NCBI GenBank assembly: GCA_002269645.1
Contig: NIVC01003995.1
Span: 1-25,974 of the forward strand
DNA length: 25,974 bases
Source: Macrostomum lignano
Taxonomy: Eukaryota
Direction: 5' to 3'
In this document: one piece after another, positions 1-25,974 of the stretch
Layout: each line of letters starts with the position of its first letter
Position numbering within the stretch: the stretch's first letter is position 1
Made by a program: the position numbers and the translations under genes
The notes under the pieces: model-generated
Told to the model about the DNA's origin: nothing
What the model saw: only the letters and a program-made list of their open reading frames with translations
The model's database searches: none

Positions 1-53
1 TATATTTTTTCTATTGAGAGCCGTCAGGTGAGAGAGGTAACGATATTACAAGC

Positions 54-997
54 TGGGTGTCAGGATCAACAAACTGGTGTCAGGATCGACAAACTGGGTG
101 TCAGGATCGACAAAATGGGTGTCAGGATCGACAAACTGGGTGTCAGGATCGACAAACTGGGTGTCAGGATCGACAAACTAGGTATCAGAAAGATAGAACT
201 GGGTGACAGTAGGATCAAGCAAGGTGTCAGCAGGTTCAAGCAGGGTGTCAAGAGGATCAAGCAGGGTGTCAGGGGAGTCAAGCAGGGTGTCAGTAGGATC
301 AAGCAGGGTGTCAGTAGGATAAAGCAGGATGTCAGACGAGGAACAGAAGGGTGTCAGTAGGATAAAGCAGGATGTCAGACGAGGAACAGCACGGTGTCAG
401 TAGGATAAAGCAGGATGTCAGACGAGGAACAGCATGGTGTCAGTAGATATAAGCAGGATGTCAGACGAGGAACAGCATGGTGTCAGTAGGATAAAAGCAG
501 GATGTCAGACGAGGAACAGAAGGGTGTCAGTAGGATAAAGCAGGATGTCAGACGAGGAACAGAAGGGTGTCAGTAGGATAAAGCAGGATGTCAGACGAGG
601 AACAGCAGGGTGTCAGTAGGATATAAAGCAGGATGTCAGACGAGGAACAGCAGGGTGTCAGTAGGATAAAGCAGGAATGTCAGACGAGGAACAGCATGTG
701 TCAGTAGGATAAAGCAGGATGTCAGGCGAGGAACAGCAGGGTGTCAGTAGGATAAAGCAGGATGTCAGACGAGGAACAGAAGGGTGTCAGTAGGATAAAG
801 CAGGATGTCAGACGAGGAACAGCAGGGTGTCAGTAGGATAAAGCAGGATGTCAGACGAGGAACAGCATGGTGTCAGTAGGATAAAGCAGGATGTCAGACG
901 AGGAACAGCAGGGTGTCAGTAGGATAAAGCAGGATGTCAGACGAGGAACAGCATGGTGTCAGTAGGATAAAGCAGGATGTCAGACGAGGAACAGCAG
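54..997. repeat. Compound minisatellite: 21-bp units changing to a 43-bp dimeric unit
   Basis: gggtgtcaggatcgacaaact repeats, then gcagggtgtcaggaggatcaa-type units, then gcaggatgtcagacgaggaacagcagggtgtcagtaggataaa. Confidence 0.95.
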
Positions 998-1033
998 GCA
1001 TCAGAAGCGATAAAACCGCATACAAAGGCTCAC

Positions 1034-1487
1034 CTCGCAGGTCTGCAGGAACTCGGCCTCCCCAGCCAGCTGATCAACATCCGGCCGGCGACTCCTCGCC
1101 CCGGACGAACAGGCACGGCGTCTCCGAGCTGCCCGACGCCGAGGCCTCGCTGGCCAGCCAGTGCAGCCAGTCAACCAGCGTGTTCGCCTCCGGGTCTGCG
1201 GCCAGACCGTCGCGGGGCACGATGGCGCAGCCCAGCAGAGGCACCAGGCCGAAGGCGCAGCAGCAGGTGGCGCCGCGCTTGCAGGGAGGCGAGGCGCCAG
1301 CTGGCAGCGCCGTCGCAGTGGCATCGGCAGCTTCGCCGGCCGGCTGCCGATCCGACAGCAGGTTGGGCCGGAAGAGGCCGTTCACGAAGGCGGACTCGTT
1401 GTGCAGCGAAGCCATCGCTGCGTTAAACAAATCTAGCAGGGACTTGAGCTCCTGGCGGCGGAGCAGGGCCGCCAGGTGCACCATTTT
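1034..1487 (-). CDS. GH63-like gene exon 6, with an apparent +1 frameshift near 1082
   Basis: caccgcag|KMVHLAALL...AFGLVPLLGCAIV...DWLHWL... As written, TGA falls at 1074-1076. A second frame continues as DVDQLAGEAEFLQTCE|gtgag, with the donor at 1033. Confidence 0.75.
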
Positions 1488-4400
1488 CTGCGGTGAGGGA
1501 CGCCCAGTGAGAAAGTGATGTATCAGGCAGTTTGGCAGCCAGGTGAGCAGGTAAACAGGTGAACAAGTAGACAACAGGTGAAGAAGTGAAGAGGTAAAGA
1601 GTCGAACAGGTGAGAGTCGAACAGGTGGAGAGTCGAACAGGTGAACAGTGGAGAGTGGAACAGGTGGAGAGTCGAACAGGTGGAGAGTCGAACAGGTGGA
1701 GAGTCGAACAGGTGGAGAGTCGAACAGGTGGAGAGTCGAACAGGTGGAGAGTCGAACAGGCGGAGAATCGAACAGGTGGAGAGTCGAACAGGTGGAGAGT
1801 CGAACAGGTGAAGAGTCGAACAGGTGGAGAGTCGAACAGGTGGAGAGTCGAACAGGTGAAGAGTCGAACAGGTGGAGAGTCGAACAGGTGGAGAGTGGAA
1901 CAGGTGAAGAATCAAACAGGTGAAGAGTCGAACAGGTGGAGAGTCGAACAGGTGGAGAGTCGAACAGGTGGAGAGTGGAACAGGTGGAGAGTCGAACAGG
2001 TGGAGAGTGGAACAGGTGGAGAGTCGAACAGGTGAAGAGTCGAACAGGCGAAGAATCGAACAGGTGGAGAGTCGAACAGGTGGAGAGTGGAACAGGTGAA
2101 GAGTCGAACAGGTGGAGAGTCGAACAGGTGGAGAGTCGAACAGGTGAAGAGTCGAACAGGTGGAGAGTCGAACAGGTGGAGAGTGGAACAGGTGGAGAGT
2201 CGAACAGGTGGAGAGTGGAACAGGTGGAGAGTCGAACAGGTGGAGAGTCGAACAGGTGGAGAGTCGAACAGGCGGAGAATCGAACAGGTGGAGAGTCAAA
2301 CAAGTGGAGAGTCGAACAGGTGGAGAGTGGAACAGGTGGAGAGTCGAACAGGTGGAGATTCGAACAGGTGGAGAGTGGAACAGGCGGAGAATCGAACAGG
2401 TGGAGAGTGGAACAGGTGAAGAGTCGAACAGGTGAAGAGTCGAACAGGTGGAGAGTCGAACAGGTGGAGAGTCGAACAGGTGGAGAGTCGAACAGGTGGA
2501 GAGTGGAACAGGTGAAGAGTCGAACAGGTGGAGAGTCGAACAGGCGGAGAATCGAACAGGTGGAGAGTCGAACAGGTGGAGAGTCGAACAGGTGGAGAGT
2601 CGAACAGGTGGAGAGTCAAACAGTTGGAGAGTGGAACAGGTGGAGAGTCGAACAGGTGGAGAGTCGAACAGGTGGAGAGTCGAACAGGTGGAGAGTGGAA
2701 CAGGTGAAGAGTCGAACAGGTGAAGAGTCGAACAGGTGGAGAGTCGAACAGGTGGAGAGTCGAACAGGTGGAGAGTCGAACAGGTGGAGAGTCGAACAGG
2801 TGAAGAATCGAACAGGTGACCAGAAGGCACACATGAGCAGGTGTCCCTCAACTCACAGCGCAGAAGAAGCCGGACCAGACCAGCGAATCGTTGGACTCGC
2901 CGTCGTGCTCGGTGGCGTCCATCCAGCCGGCGTGTCGCAGGCCGAGGATTCCGCCGTCCAGGGTGCTGCGCTGGCCGGCATCTCGGCGCATCAGCAGCCA
3001 CCAGTGCAGGTGGCGCAGCAGGTCGCAGAATGTGGCGTTGGCCGCCTCCTGCTCGCTGTTGTGGCTGGGGAAACGGGCAAAGCCGATGGCGAGAGGACGG
3101 ATGACGTCATAGGGAACTCAAAGCCATAGGGGAGGATTGGTTAGGATCCGAAGAATTTATGAGGACCTGAGTGATTGGTGAGGACCTGAGTGATTGGTGA
3201 GGACCTGAGTGATTGGTGAGGACCTGAGTGATTGGTGAGGACCTGAGTGATTGGTGAGGACCTGAGTGAGAATTGGTGAGGACCTGAGTGATTGGTGAGG
3301 ACCTGAGTGATTGGTGAGGACCTGAGTGATTGGTGAGGACCTGAGTGATTGGTGAGGACCTGAGTGATTGGTGAGGACCTGAGTGATTGGTGAGGACCTG
3401 AGTGAGAATTGGTGAGGTCCTGAGTGAGAATTGGTGAGGTCCTGAGGGAGAATTGGTGAGGTCCTGAGGGAGAATTGGTGAGGTCCTGAGGGAGAATTGG
3501 TGAGGACCTGAGTGAAGATTGCCGAGGACCCGACGGACTCACCGCAGAAACTCCAGTAGGGCGAGCGGCCACACTGGCGGCTCCATGACCCCGCCGCCAC
3601 CGCCAGCGAGAATCTCGCCGCCTGCCGACATCCTGTCGAACTGGTGTCGCAGCTCCGCCAAGGCCAGCCGGCCGCTCACCCGGCACAGCGCGATCGCGTG
3701 CAGCCCGTGCTCCCAGCCGGCCGGCTCCGGCCGCGCCCACTTGTCCGGCACAATGGCCAGAATTGTCTTGGCCAGCTGCGTCAGAGACGGCGCTATCGAC
3801 ACCCTCACCGACACCGTCGCCGATGTCGATGTCAGCGGCTGCTGGCCGCACAGCTGGCGATTCCACAGCAGGCCGGAGAGGGCTCGGCGAATCAGCGAGC
3901 CGGTGCGGTGGTCGAACTCGACTCCGCACTCGGCCGGCCGAGTCAGCGAGTCGCTGGCCAGAGCCGCGGCCTGCGACATCAGCTGGGAGATCCGGGCTGG
4001 GGAGTCGGGGCCGGGGCTGCCGGCCGGGCTGAGCAGGAAGCTCAGGCTCTGGCTGCCGGCCGGAGCCAGCGGGAACCGGTAGATGAGGGCCACTCGGCAC
4101 CCGACGGTCTGATCTGAGCACAGCAGCGATGAGTCGCCGTGGACAATCAGCCGGTCCAGGGCCTGCGGGGGGCCACGCGTGAAGGTCACCTCAGATAATT
4201 AATTACTCACCCTCTGCAGGCAACGAGGGATTCACTCTCGCGAAGCCGCACACTGTGAACTCCCTGGCACTGGGGCTCTGAGCTCAGACAATCAGGCACC
4301 CCACTCTGACCTGAGGCTCAGCGCAGAAGACCACAGACTCCAGATGCTCAGACGGATAGTGCAGCTTCAAATTGTCAACGCGACGGCTGTCCTCGCCAGG

Positions 4401-6710
4401 CAGGTCGGTGTTCTCGGACTCGTGTCTGTCGGACAGGTAAACGCAGGCCTGGCCCCGGCAGCCGTCTGAGCTCAGGTGTTGAGGGAGGAGAGGGGGGCGC
4501 TTTTTGGAGCACTATTTTGAGCACTGTTTAGGGCAGTGTTTGGGGCACTGTTTAGGGCACTGTTTGGGGCACTGTTTAGGGCACTGTTTGGGGCACTGTT
4601 TAGGGCACTGTTTAGGGCACTGTTTAGACCAGTGTTTAGGGCACTGTTTTGGGCACTGTTTGGGGCACTGTTTAGGGCACTGTTTGGGGCACTGTTTGGG
4701 CACTGTTTAGGGCAGTGTTTGGGGCACTGTTTAGGGCACTGTTTGGGGCACTGTTTAGGGCACTGTTTGGGGCACTGTTTAGGGCACTGTTTAGGGCACT
4801 GTTTAGAGCAGTGTTTAGGGCACTGTTTTGGGCACTGTTTGGGGCACTGTTTAGGGCACTGTTTGGGGCACTGTTTGGGGCACTGTTTAGGGCAGTGTTT
4901 GGGGCACTGTTTAGGGCACTGTTTGGGGCACTGTTTAGGGCACTGTTTGGGGCACTGTTTAGGGCACTGTTTAGGGCACTGTTTAGAGCAGTGTTTAGGG
5001 CACTGTTTTGGGCACTGTTTGGGGCACTGTTTAGGGCACTGTTTGGGGCACTGTTTGGGGCACTGTTTAGGGCACTGTTTGGGGCACTGTTTAGGGCACT
5101 GTTTGGGGCACTGTTTGGGGCACTGTTTAGGGCACTGTTTAGAGCAGTGTTTAGGGCACTGTTTGGGGCACTGTTTGGGGCACTGTTTGGGGCACTGTTT
5201 GGGGCACTGTTTAGGGCACTGTTTAGAGCAGTGTTTAGGGCACTGTTTGGGGCACTGTTTGGGGCACTGTTTGGGGCACTGTTTGGGGCACTGTTTAGGG
5301 CACTGTTTAGGGCACTGTTTGGTGCACTGTTTGGGGCACTGTTTAGGGCAGTGTTTAGGGCACTGTATAGGGCACTGTTTGGGGCACTGTTTGGGGCACT
5401 GTTTAGGGCACTGTTTGGGGCACTGTTTGGGGCACTGTTTAGGGCACTGTTTAGAGCAGTGTTTAGGGCACTGTTTGGGGCACTGTTTAGAGCAGTGTTT
5501 AGGGCACTGTTTTGAGCACTGTTTAGGGCACTGTTTGGGGCACTGTTTAGGGCACTGTTTAGAGCAGTGTTTAGGGCACTGTTTGGGGCACTGTTTAGGG
5601 CACTGTTTGGGGCACTGTTTGGGGCACTGTTTAGGGCACTGTTTGGGGCACTGTTTGAGGCGCGTACTTACATTGATCTGTCATAGGTTGCTCAGAGTGA
5701 GCCTCTTAAATCTGTCAGTTAGTTATTAGTTGCTATCATAAAATACAAGCCGAACTGAACTCAATCTACAAGCCAAGCCAACGATACTACTGAATAATGA
5801 GTAGTTCAAGCGCTCACCGGCCATCCTCAGCCGGACGTAGCCGCCACCAGAAGCTTCGCCCTCTTCTTCGGCCAGCTGAACCCGCCCGCAGTCCGCGTGG
5901 CAAACCCACAGCTGAACCGCCACCGTCAGCTCCGCTGTTGACGCGGATGCTTCATCAGCTGAGGCCGGCTCCGCTGTGTCTTGAGTCTCCACAGTCAGCC
6001 TGCAGTAAATTCTGCTGGCGCTCTCCTTGGCCAGTTCGAACCGGATGTCAAATGGAGGACCGGAAGCCTGGGTTTTAACAATTTTTGGGACCGGAATTTA
6101 TCTCCGGATAAGTTGATAGACTGGGAAAGGCATATATTGAATGCGCCACAACTAGAATCAGACAGCGCCACAACTAGAATCAGACAGCGCCACAACTAGA
6201 ATCAGAAGACAGCGCCACAACTAGAATCAGACAGCGCCACAACTAGAATCAGAAGACAGCGCCACAACTAGAATCAGACAGAACCACAACTAGAATGAGA
6301 CAGCGCCACAACTAGAATCAGACAGCGCCACAACTAGAATCAGACAGCGCCACAACTAGAATCAGACAGCGCCACAACTAGAATCAGACAGCGCCACAAC
6401 TAGAATCAGAAGACAGCGCCACAACTTGTCATCATCAAGAGATCACCTGTCGGCAGTGGCACCTGCCGGCACAGTACCGGTACATCGGGTCAGCCAGTCC
6501 GGGCGCGAACTCGCACCCGCCGCCGGGCCCGGCCAGCGAGTTGGGCTGCAGCCGCGCCTTCGGCCGCCCGCCGCCGCCTGCCCAAGCAGAGATGGCCGCC
6601 CCGGCGGTGCCGCCCGAATTGCAGAAGCCGAAAATGCCGTCTCGATTGCAGAATTCCTCGAAGCCGAGCTCCGTAGCAACCTCGGGCAGGTACGGGCCCC
6701 AATGGTCCAT
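1034..6710 (-). CDS. Spliced gene encoding a divergent YMR196W-like / GH63-type glycoside hydrolase homologue. At least 6 exons; the 3' part probably lies beyond the window
   Basis: Phase-consistent GT-AG chain: 6710-6463, 5999-5818, 4465-4311, 4162-3543, 3064-2857, 1487-1034. Collinear motifs (HWGPYL, QLWVC, RRALSGLLWNRQ, PDKW..P..AGWE, PPVWP, WW...RRD.G.....GGILGL, FGLVPLL, GEAEFL) resemble the family consensus as I recall it. No database search was run. Confidence 0.8.
1549..2818. repeat. 16-bp minisatellite (aacaggtggagagtcg)
   Basis: About 79 tandem copies with point variants, filling the intron between exons 5 and 6 of the GH63-like gene. Confidence 0.97.
2857..3064 (-). CDS. GH63-like gene exon 5 (frame not in the ORF track)
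   Basis: ttccccag|HNSEQE...DLLRHLHWWLLMRRDAGQRSTLDGGILGLRHAGWMD...VWSGFFCA|gtgagt. 208 nt, phase 2/0. Confidence 0.85.
3158..3515. repeat. 19-bp minisatellite (ggtgaggacctgagtgatt)
   Basis: Tandem copies, some with 2-bp insertion variants. Confidence 0.95.
3543..4162 (-). CDS. GH63-like gene exon 4
   Basis: ccccgcag|ALDRLIVHG...RRALSGLLWNRQLC...IVPDKWARPEPAGWEHGLH...EPPVWPLALLEFL(CG)|gtgagt. 620 nt. Confidence 0.85.
4311..4465 (-). CDS. GH63-like gene exon 3 (not in the ORF track)
   Basis: ctcag|DGCRGQACVYLSDRHE...HLESVVFCAEPQ|gtcaga. 155 nt, phase 1/0, GC3-rich frame. Confidence 0.7.
4505..5658. repeat. 12-bp minisatellite (ggcactgttt[a/g]g)
   Basis: About 96 tandem copies. Confidence 0.97.
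5818..5999 (-). CDS. GH63-like gene exon 2
   Basis: ttactgcag|LTVETQD...LTVAVQLWVCHADCG...YVRLRMA(G)|gtgag. 182 nt, phase 2/1. Confidence 0.78.
6145..6425. repeat. 22/25-bp minisatellite (cagacagcgccacaactagaat)
   Basis: About 12 copies, some with an extra gaa. Confidence 0.95.
6463..6710 (-). CDS. GH63-like gene exon 1
   Basis: ATG at 6710 with an in-frame TAG just upstream. MDHWGPYLPEVATELGFEEFCNRDGIFGFCNSG...YRYCAG(AG)|gtgcca, phase 2. The donor is weak. Confidence 0.75.
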
Positions 6711-7039
6711 GCTGCGCCGCTAGGTGGACTCGGTCGAAAGCCTTCAGTACGAGTATCTGACAAGGGAGCTTTGCTAGGCTGCCGAGACACCTGACGCTAA
6801 ATGCTTAATGCAGAGTAGCTGTTTTGACATGGCGGCCTGGGCCATAGACAGCTGCTGTGGAATAAGTTGAGTCGTGACTAATTGCCAAGTTAACACCTCT
6901 TTAAAAAAAGTTAATTTTCACCATTTCACAAGTAGACTAAAAGTTGAACGACAATTTTACAACAGGAGCAATAAAAAATACCCACAACTAACAACCCACA
7001 TCCCACATCCTACATCTCAACTCTACATCCTACACCACA

Positions 7040-7560
7040 CATGTAATATCCCACACCCTATATCCCACACCCTAGATCTCACACCCTAGATCCCACACCC
7101 TATATCCCACACCCTATATCCCACACCCTATATCCCACACCCTATATCCCACACGCTATATGCCACACCCTAGATCCCACACCCTATATCCCACACCCTA
7201 GATCCCAAACCATAGATTCCACACCCTATATGCCACACCCTAGATCCCACACCCTATATCCCACACCCTATATGCCACACCCTAGATCCCACACCCTATA
7301 TCCCACACCCTATATGCCACACCCTAGATCCCACACCCTATATCCCACACCCTATATCCCACACCCTATATGCCACACCCTAGATCCCACACCCTATATC
7401 CCACACCCTATATGCCACACCCTACATCCCACACCCTAGATCCCACACCCTATATTCACACCCTATACTGTATGCCATACCCTATACCCCACACCCTATA
7501 TCCCACACCCTATTTCCCACACCCTAGATCTCCCACTCCAAGATCCCACACTCTACAGTG
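7040..7560. repeat. 14-bp minisatellite (tatcccacacccta), intergenic
   Basis: Tandem copies degenerating at both ends, about 330 nt upstream of ATG 6710. Confidence 0.93.
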
Positions 7561-8832
7561 TACACCCCACATCCAGAATCAACAGTTCAGACCTTCACTC
7601 CTTGACTAAGCATCCCTCAGAGTTACCTTGAGAGTCTTGTCTTGCAGGCTGAAGGCATGCAGGGAAAGCCAGCAAAGTAACCAACTGTAAAACATGATCA
7701 GTGTTTACGAAAAACTCAGAAAATAGTGCTTGCCGCATCCAACAGTTATATTTAATATTTGATTTCGAGTCCGGAGTCGAAAGGTTTTGAATGCAACGAA
7801 TCAGAAGCAACGTTATTTAAAACAAAATCTACGATTATAGAAAAAAAATCTTATTTATGCACGCATCTTCAATAGCATTTAGGAGTACCAATTAAAAATA
7901 TTTCACAAAATTCTTCGTGTTTCGAACACTACTGTCAGTAGATAGAATGCGCATCAGAAGAAATATAGATTTGCAAGGAACGCTAGAAGATTATGGACGG
8001 GAAATTTCGTCGCTGGTAAACTTTTTTAGACTCTCGCTTTCTAAGAATGCGAAATCTATCTGTTTCATATTTAATATAAGTCACTTTTTGACTGAGGCCG
8101 AGGAATGCCAACCTTTTAAACAAATTTCCAAGAAACCACTTTTCTCGCGTCTTTTTACATCTAGAAGCCCTAGTTTGATGGGACAGGTGTCAGAGCCGGA
8201 GGTGAGTTCAGATAAGCTCATTGAGTTGTGCTCAGAATGCGCATTGTGGACAGAGTCTATGAAAATACAGGCAAAAGAAAATAGGGGAGAAATCAAGAAC
8301 TCAAGAACAGTTGCAAGAGCTGGTTTACTTGGGCAGGCATAAGGTCTTCACGGGGCATTGACGAGAGTTTGAAGAATAAAAAAAGGCAGTTAAATTTCCG
8401 AATCGCATTGGCAGTGAAAGCTCGGGTGTCGGATCGCTTTGTGCAGTAGAATACCAAGAACACTTATAGTAAGCCAGAGGATACGCCACGAGACCAATAT
8501 ATGCAATTATGCTACTTCTGTTCAGTAGTATGCTTCACTTCACTTCTATTATTTGCTCCTTTCAGTGCGCCTTGGTTTACTTCAAAGTAATTTTCTTTTC
8601 ACCACTAAATTGTCATCAGCTCACACCCCGGGGAAAGTCAAGCCCTATGTACATATAAATGTACATTCTTGAATTCGCGGAGATTCGCTTCTTTATCGCC
8701 CCACAATCCGTCCAGCCAATAGCTACAAATTGCTCTGCGCTACGTACATCATCCACCAAGTCAAACAACTGTACATTATATAGCTTTACCGCCACTGCTA
8801 ACAAACTTGGCCTCGCTTTTGTCTTAACAACT

Positions 8833-8838
8833 TTTATT
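8833..8838 (-). terminator. Candidate polyadenylation signal (AATAAA) of Nav2
   Basis: tttatt on the plus strand, about 380 nt downstream of the stop codon. Motif match only. Confidence 0.4.
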
Positions 8839-9215
8839 TGCCTTTCCTCGCAGAAATAACCATCTGCTATCAACTAACTGCCTTGCTATCTTGAATTAGA
8901 GAGAGTAGGGACGCTGTCTGTAAAAGCTCGCTCACACCGCCATCAAATTTGGCCAGTCTCTGTGATCACGCACGTACGACTTACATTTTTTAATTTCTGT
9001 GTTCCTCCATCTGTCTTAATGCTCAACTGATGGCAGTGTGAGGCGACCCTTTGTGGCTCCCAGAGTCCCAGACAATGCATTGACACGGGCAGACAGAGTC
9101 AGAGGATTCAGAAGTACATGTACAAAGAGTTACGTAGCAATTCACGCGATCAAACTGCCGATACCAATAGCCATGCAGGTGAGTTTCACGGGTTTAATCA
9201 AATGGGATTGGGGGT

Positions 9216-25349
<16,134 letters not shown>

Positions 25350-25436
25350 GCCTGTCTGCTTGATGGACGGGTCGGGTGCTGCGAATGCTGGTTCCGGGAA
25401 TTCGCTTGCAGATAATAGCTATGATTGCCACGCCTC

Positions 25437-25974
25437 AAGCATGTCCCTACTCAAGCATATCCCTACTCAAGCATATCCCTACTCAAGCATATCCCTACTC
25501 AAGCATATCCCTACTCAAGCATATCCCTACTCAAGCATATCCCTACTCAAGCATATCCCTACTCAAGCATATCCCTACTCAAGCATATCCCTACTCAAGC
25601 ATATCCCTACTCAAGCATATCCCTACTCAAGCATATCCCTACTCAAGCATATCCCTACTCAAGCATATCCCTACTCAAGCATATCCCTACTCAAGCATAT
25701 CCCTACTCAAGCATATCCCTACTCAAGCATATCCCTACTCAAGCATATCCCTACTCAAGCATATCCCTACTCAAGCATATCCCTACTCAAGCATATCCCT
25801 ACTCAAGCATATCCCTACTCAAGCATATCCCTACTCAAGCATATCCCTACTCAAGCATATCCCTACTCAAGCATATCCCTACTCAAGCATATCCCTACTC
25901 AAGCATATCCCTACTCAAGCATATCCCTACTCAAGCATATCCCTACTCAAGCATATCCCTACTCAAGCATATCC
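25437..25974. repeat. 16-bp minisatellite (atccctactcaagcat)
   Basis: At least 33 perfect copies running off the window end. Confidence 0.98.

Noticed and set aside
1523-3129. Long repetitive ORFs on both strands (VEQVESRTGG..., STCSTLHLF...)
   Set aside because: They arise from the stop-free 16-bp repeat, which lies between well-defined splice sites.
4211-4270. Possible extra exon ending at the gtgagt donor at 4210
   Set aside because: The phase-0 frame hits TGA at 4232-4234, and the other frames are incompatible with the acceptor at 4162. The direct 4311 to 4162 join is in phase.
4504-5729. (CLGH)n and (LFRA)n ORFs that resemble Cys/His metal-binding repeats
   Set aside because: They are translations of the 12-bp intronic minisatellite, with no synonymous variation pattern of a coding sequence.
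7917-8873. Intergenic ORFs 7917-8342 (+), 8081-8296 (-) and 8616-8873 (-)
   Set aside because: AT-rich codon usage unlike the genuine exons, no recognisable domains, and no convincing splice partners.

Overview
This is animal genomic DNA with GC3-rich exons and minisatellite-filled introns. The style suggests a free-living flatworm such as Macrostomum, but that is an inference. Two spliced genes lie head-to-tail on the minus strand. (1) A near-complete four-domain voltage-gated channel alpha subunit, with 18 coding exons from about 25349 to 9216 and roughly 1940 aa. Its selectivity filter reads D-E-E-A and its inactivation motif reads VFL, so it is a Nav2/DSC1/BSC1-type channel and not a DEKA Nav1. 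(2) A gene of at least 6 exons from 6710 to about 1034, probably continuing off the left edge. The joined exons match, motif by motif from memory, the bacterial/fungal YMR196W-like GH63 glucosidase family, with the putative catalytic motif altered. All exon joins were checked by hand for GT-AG ends and phase. Most larger introns are filled by their own private tandem repeat. One of these grew out of the A-box head of a tRNA-derived SINE, and one lies inside a coding exon. Two probable single-base indels, near 25277 and near 1082, interrupt otherwise clean frames. Most long ORFs in the supplied track are repeat artefacts.
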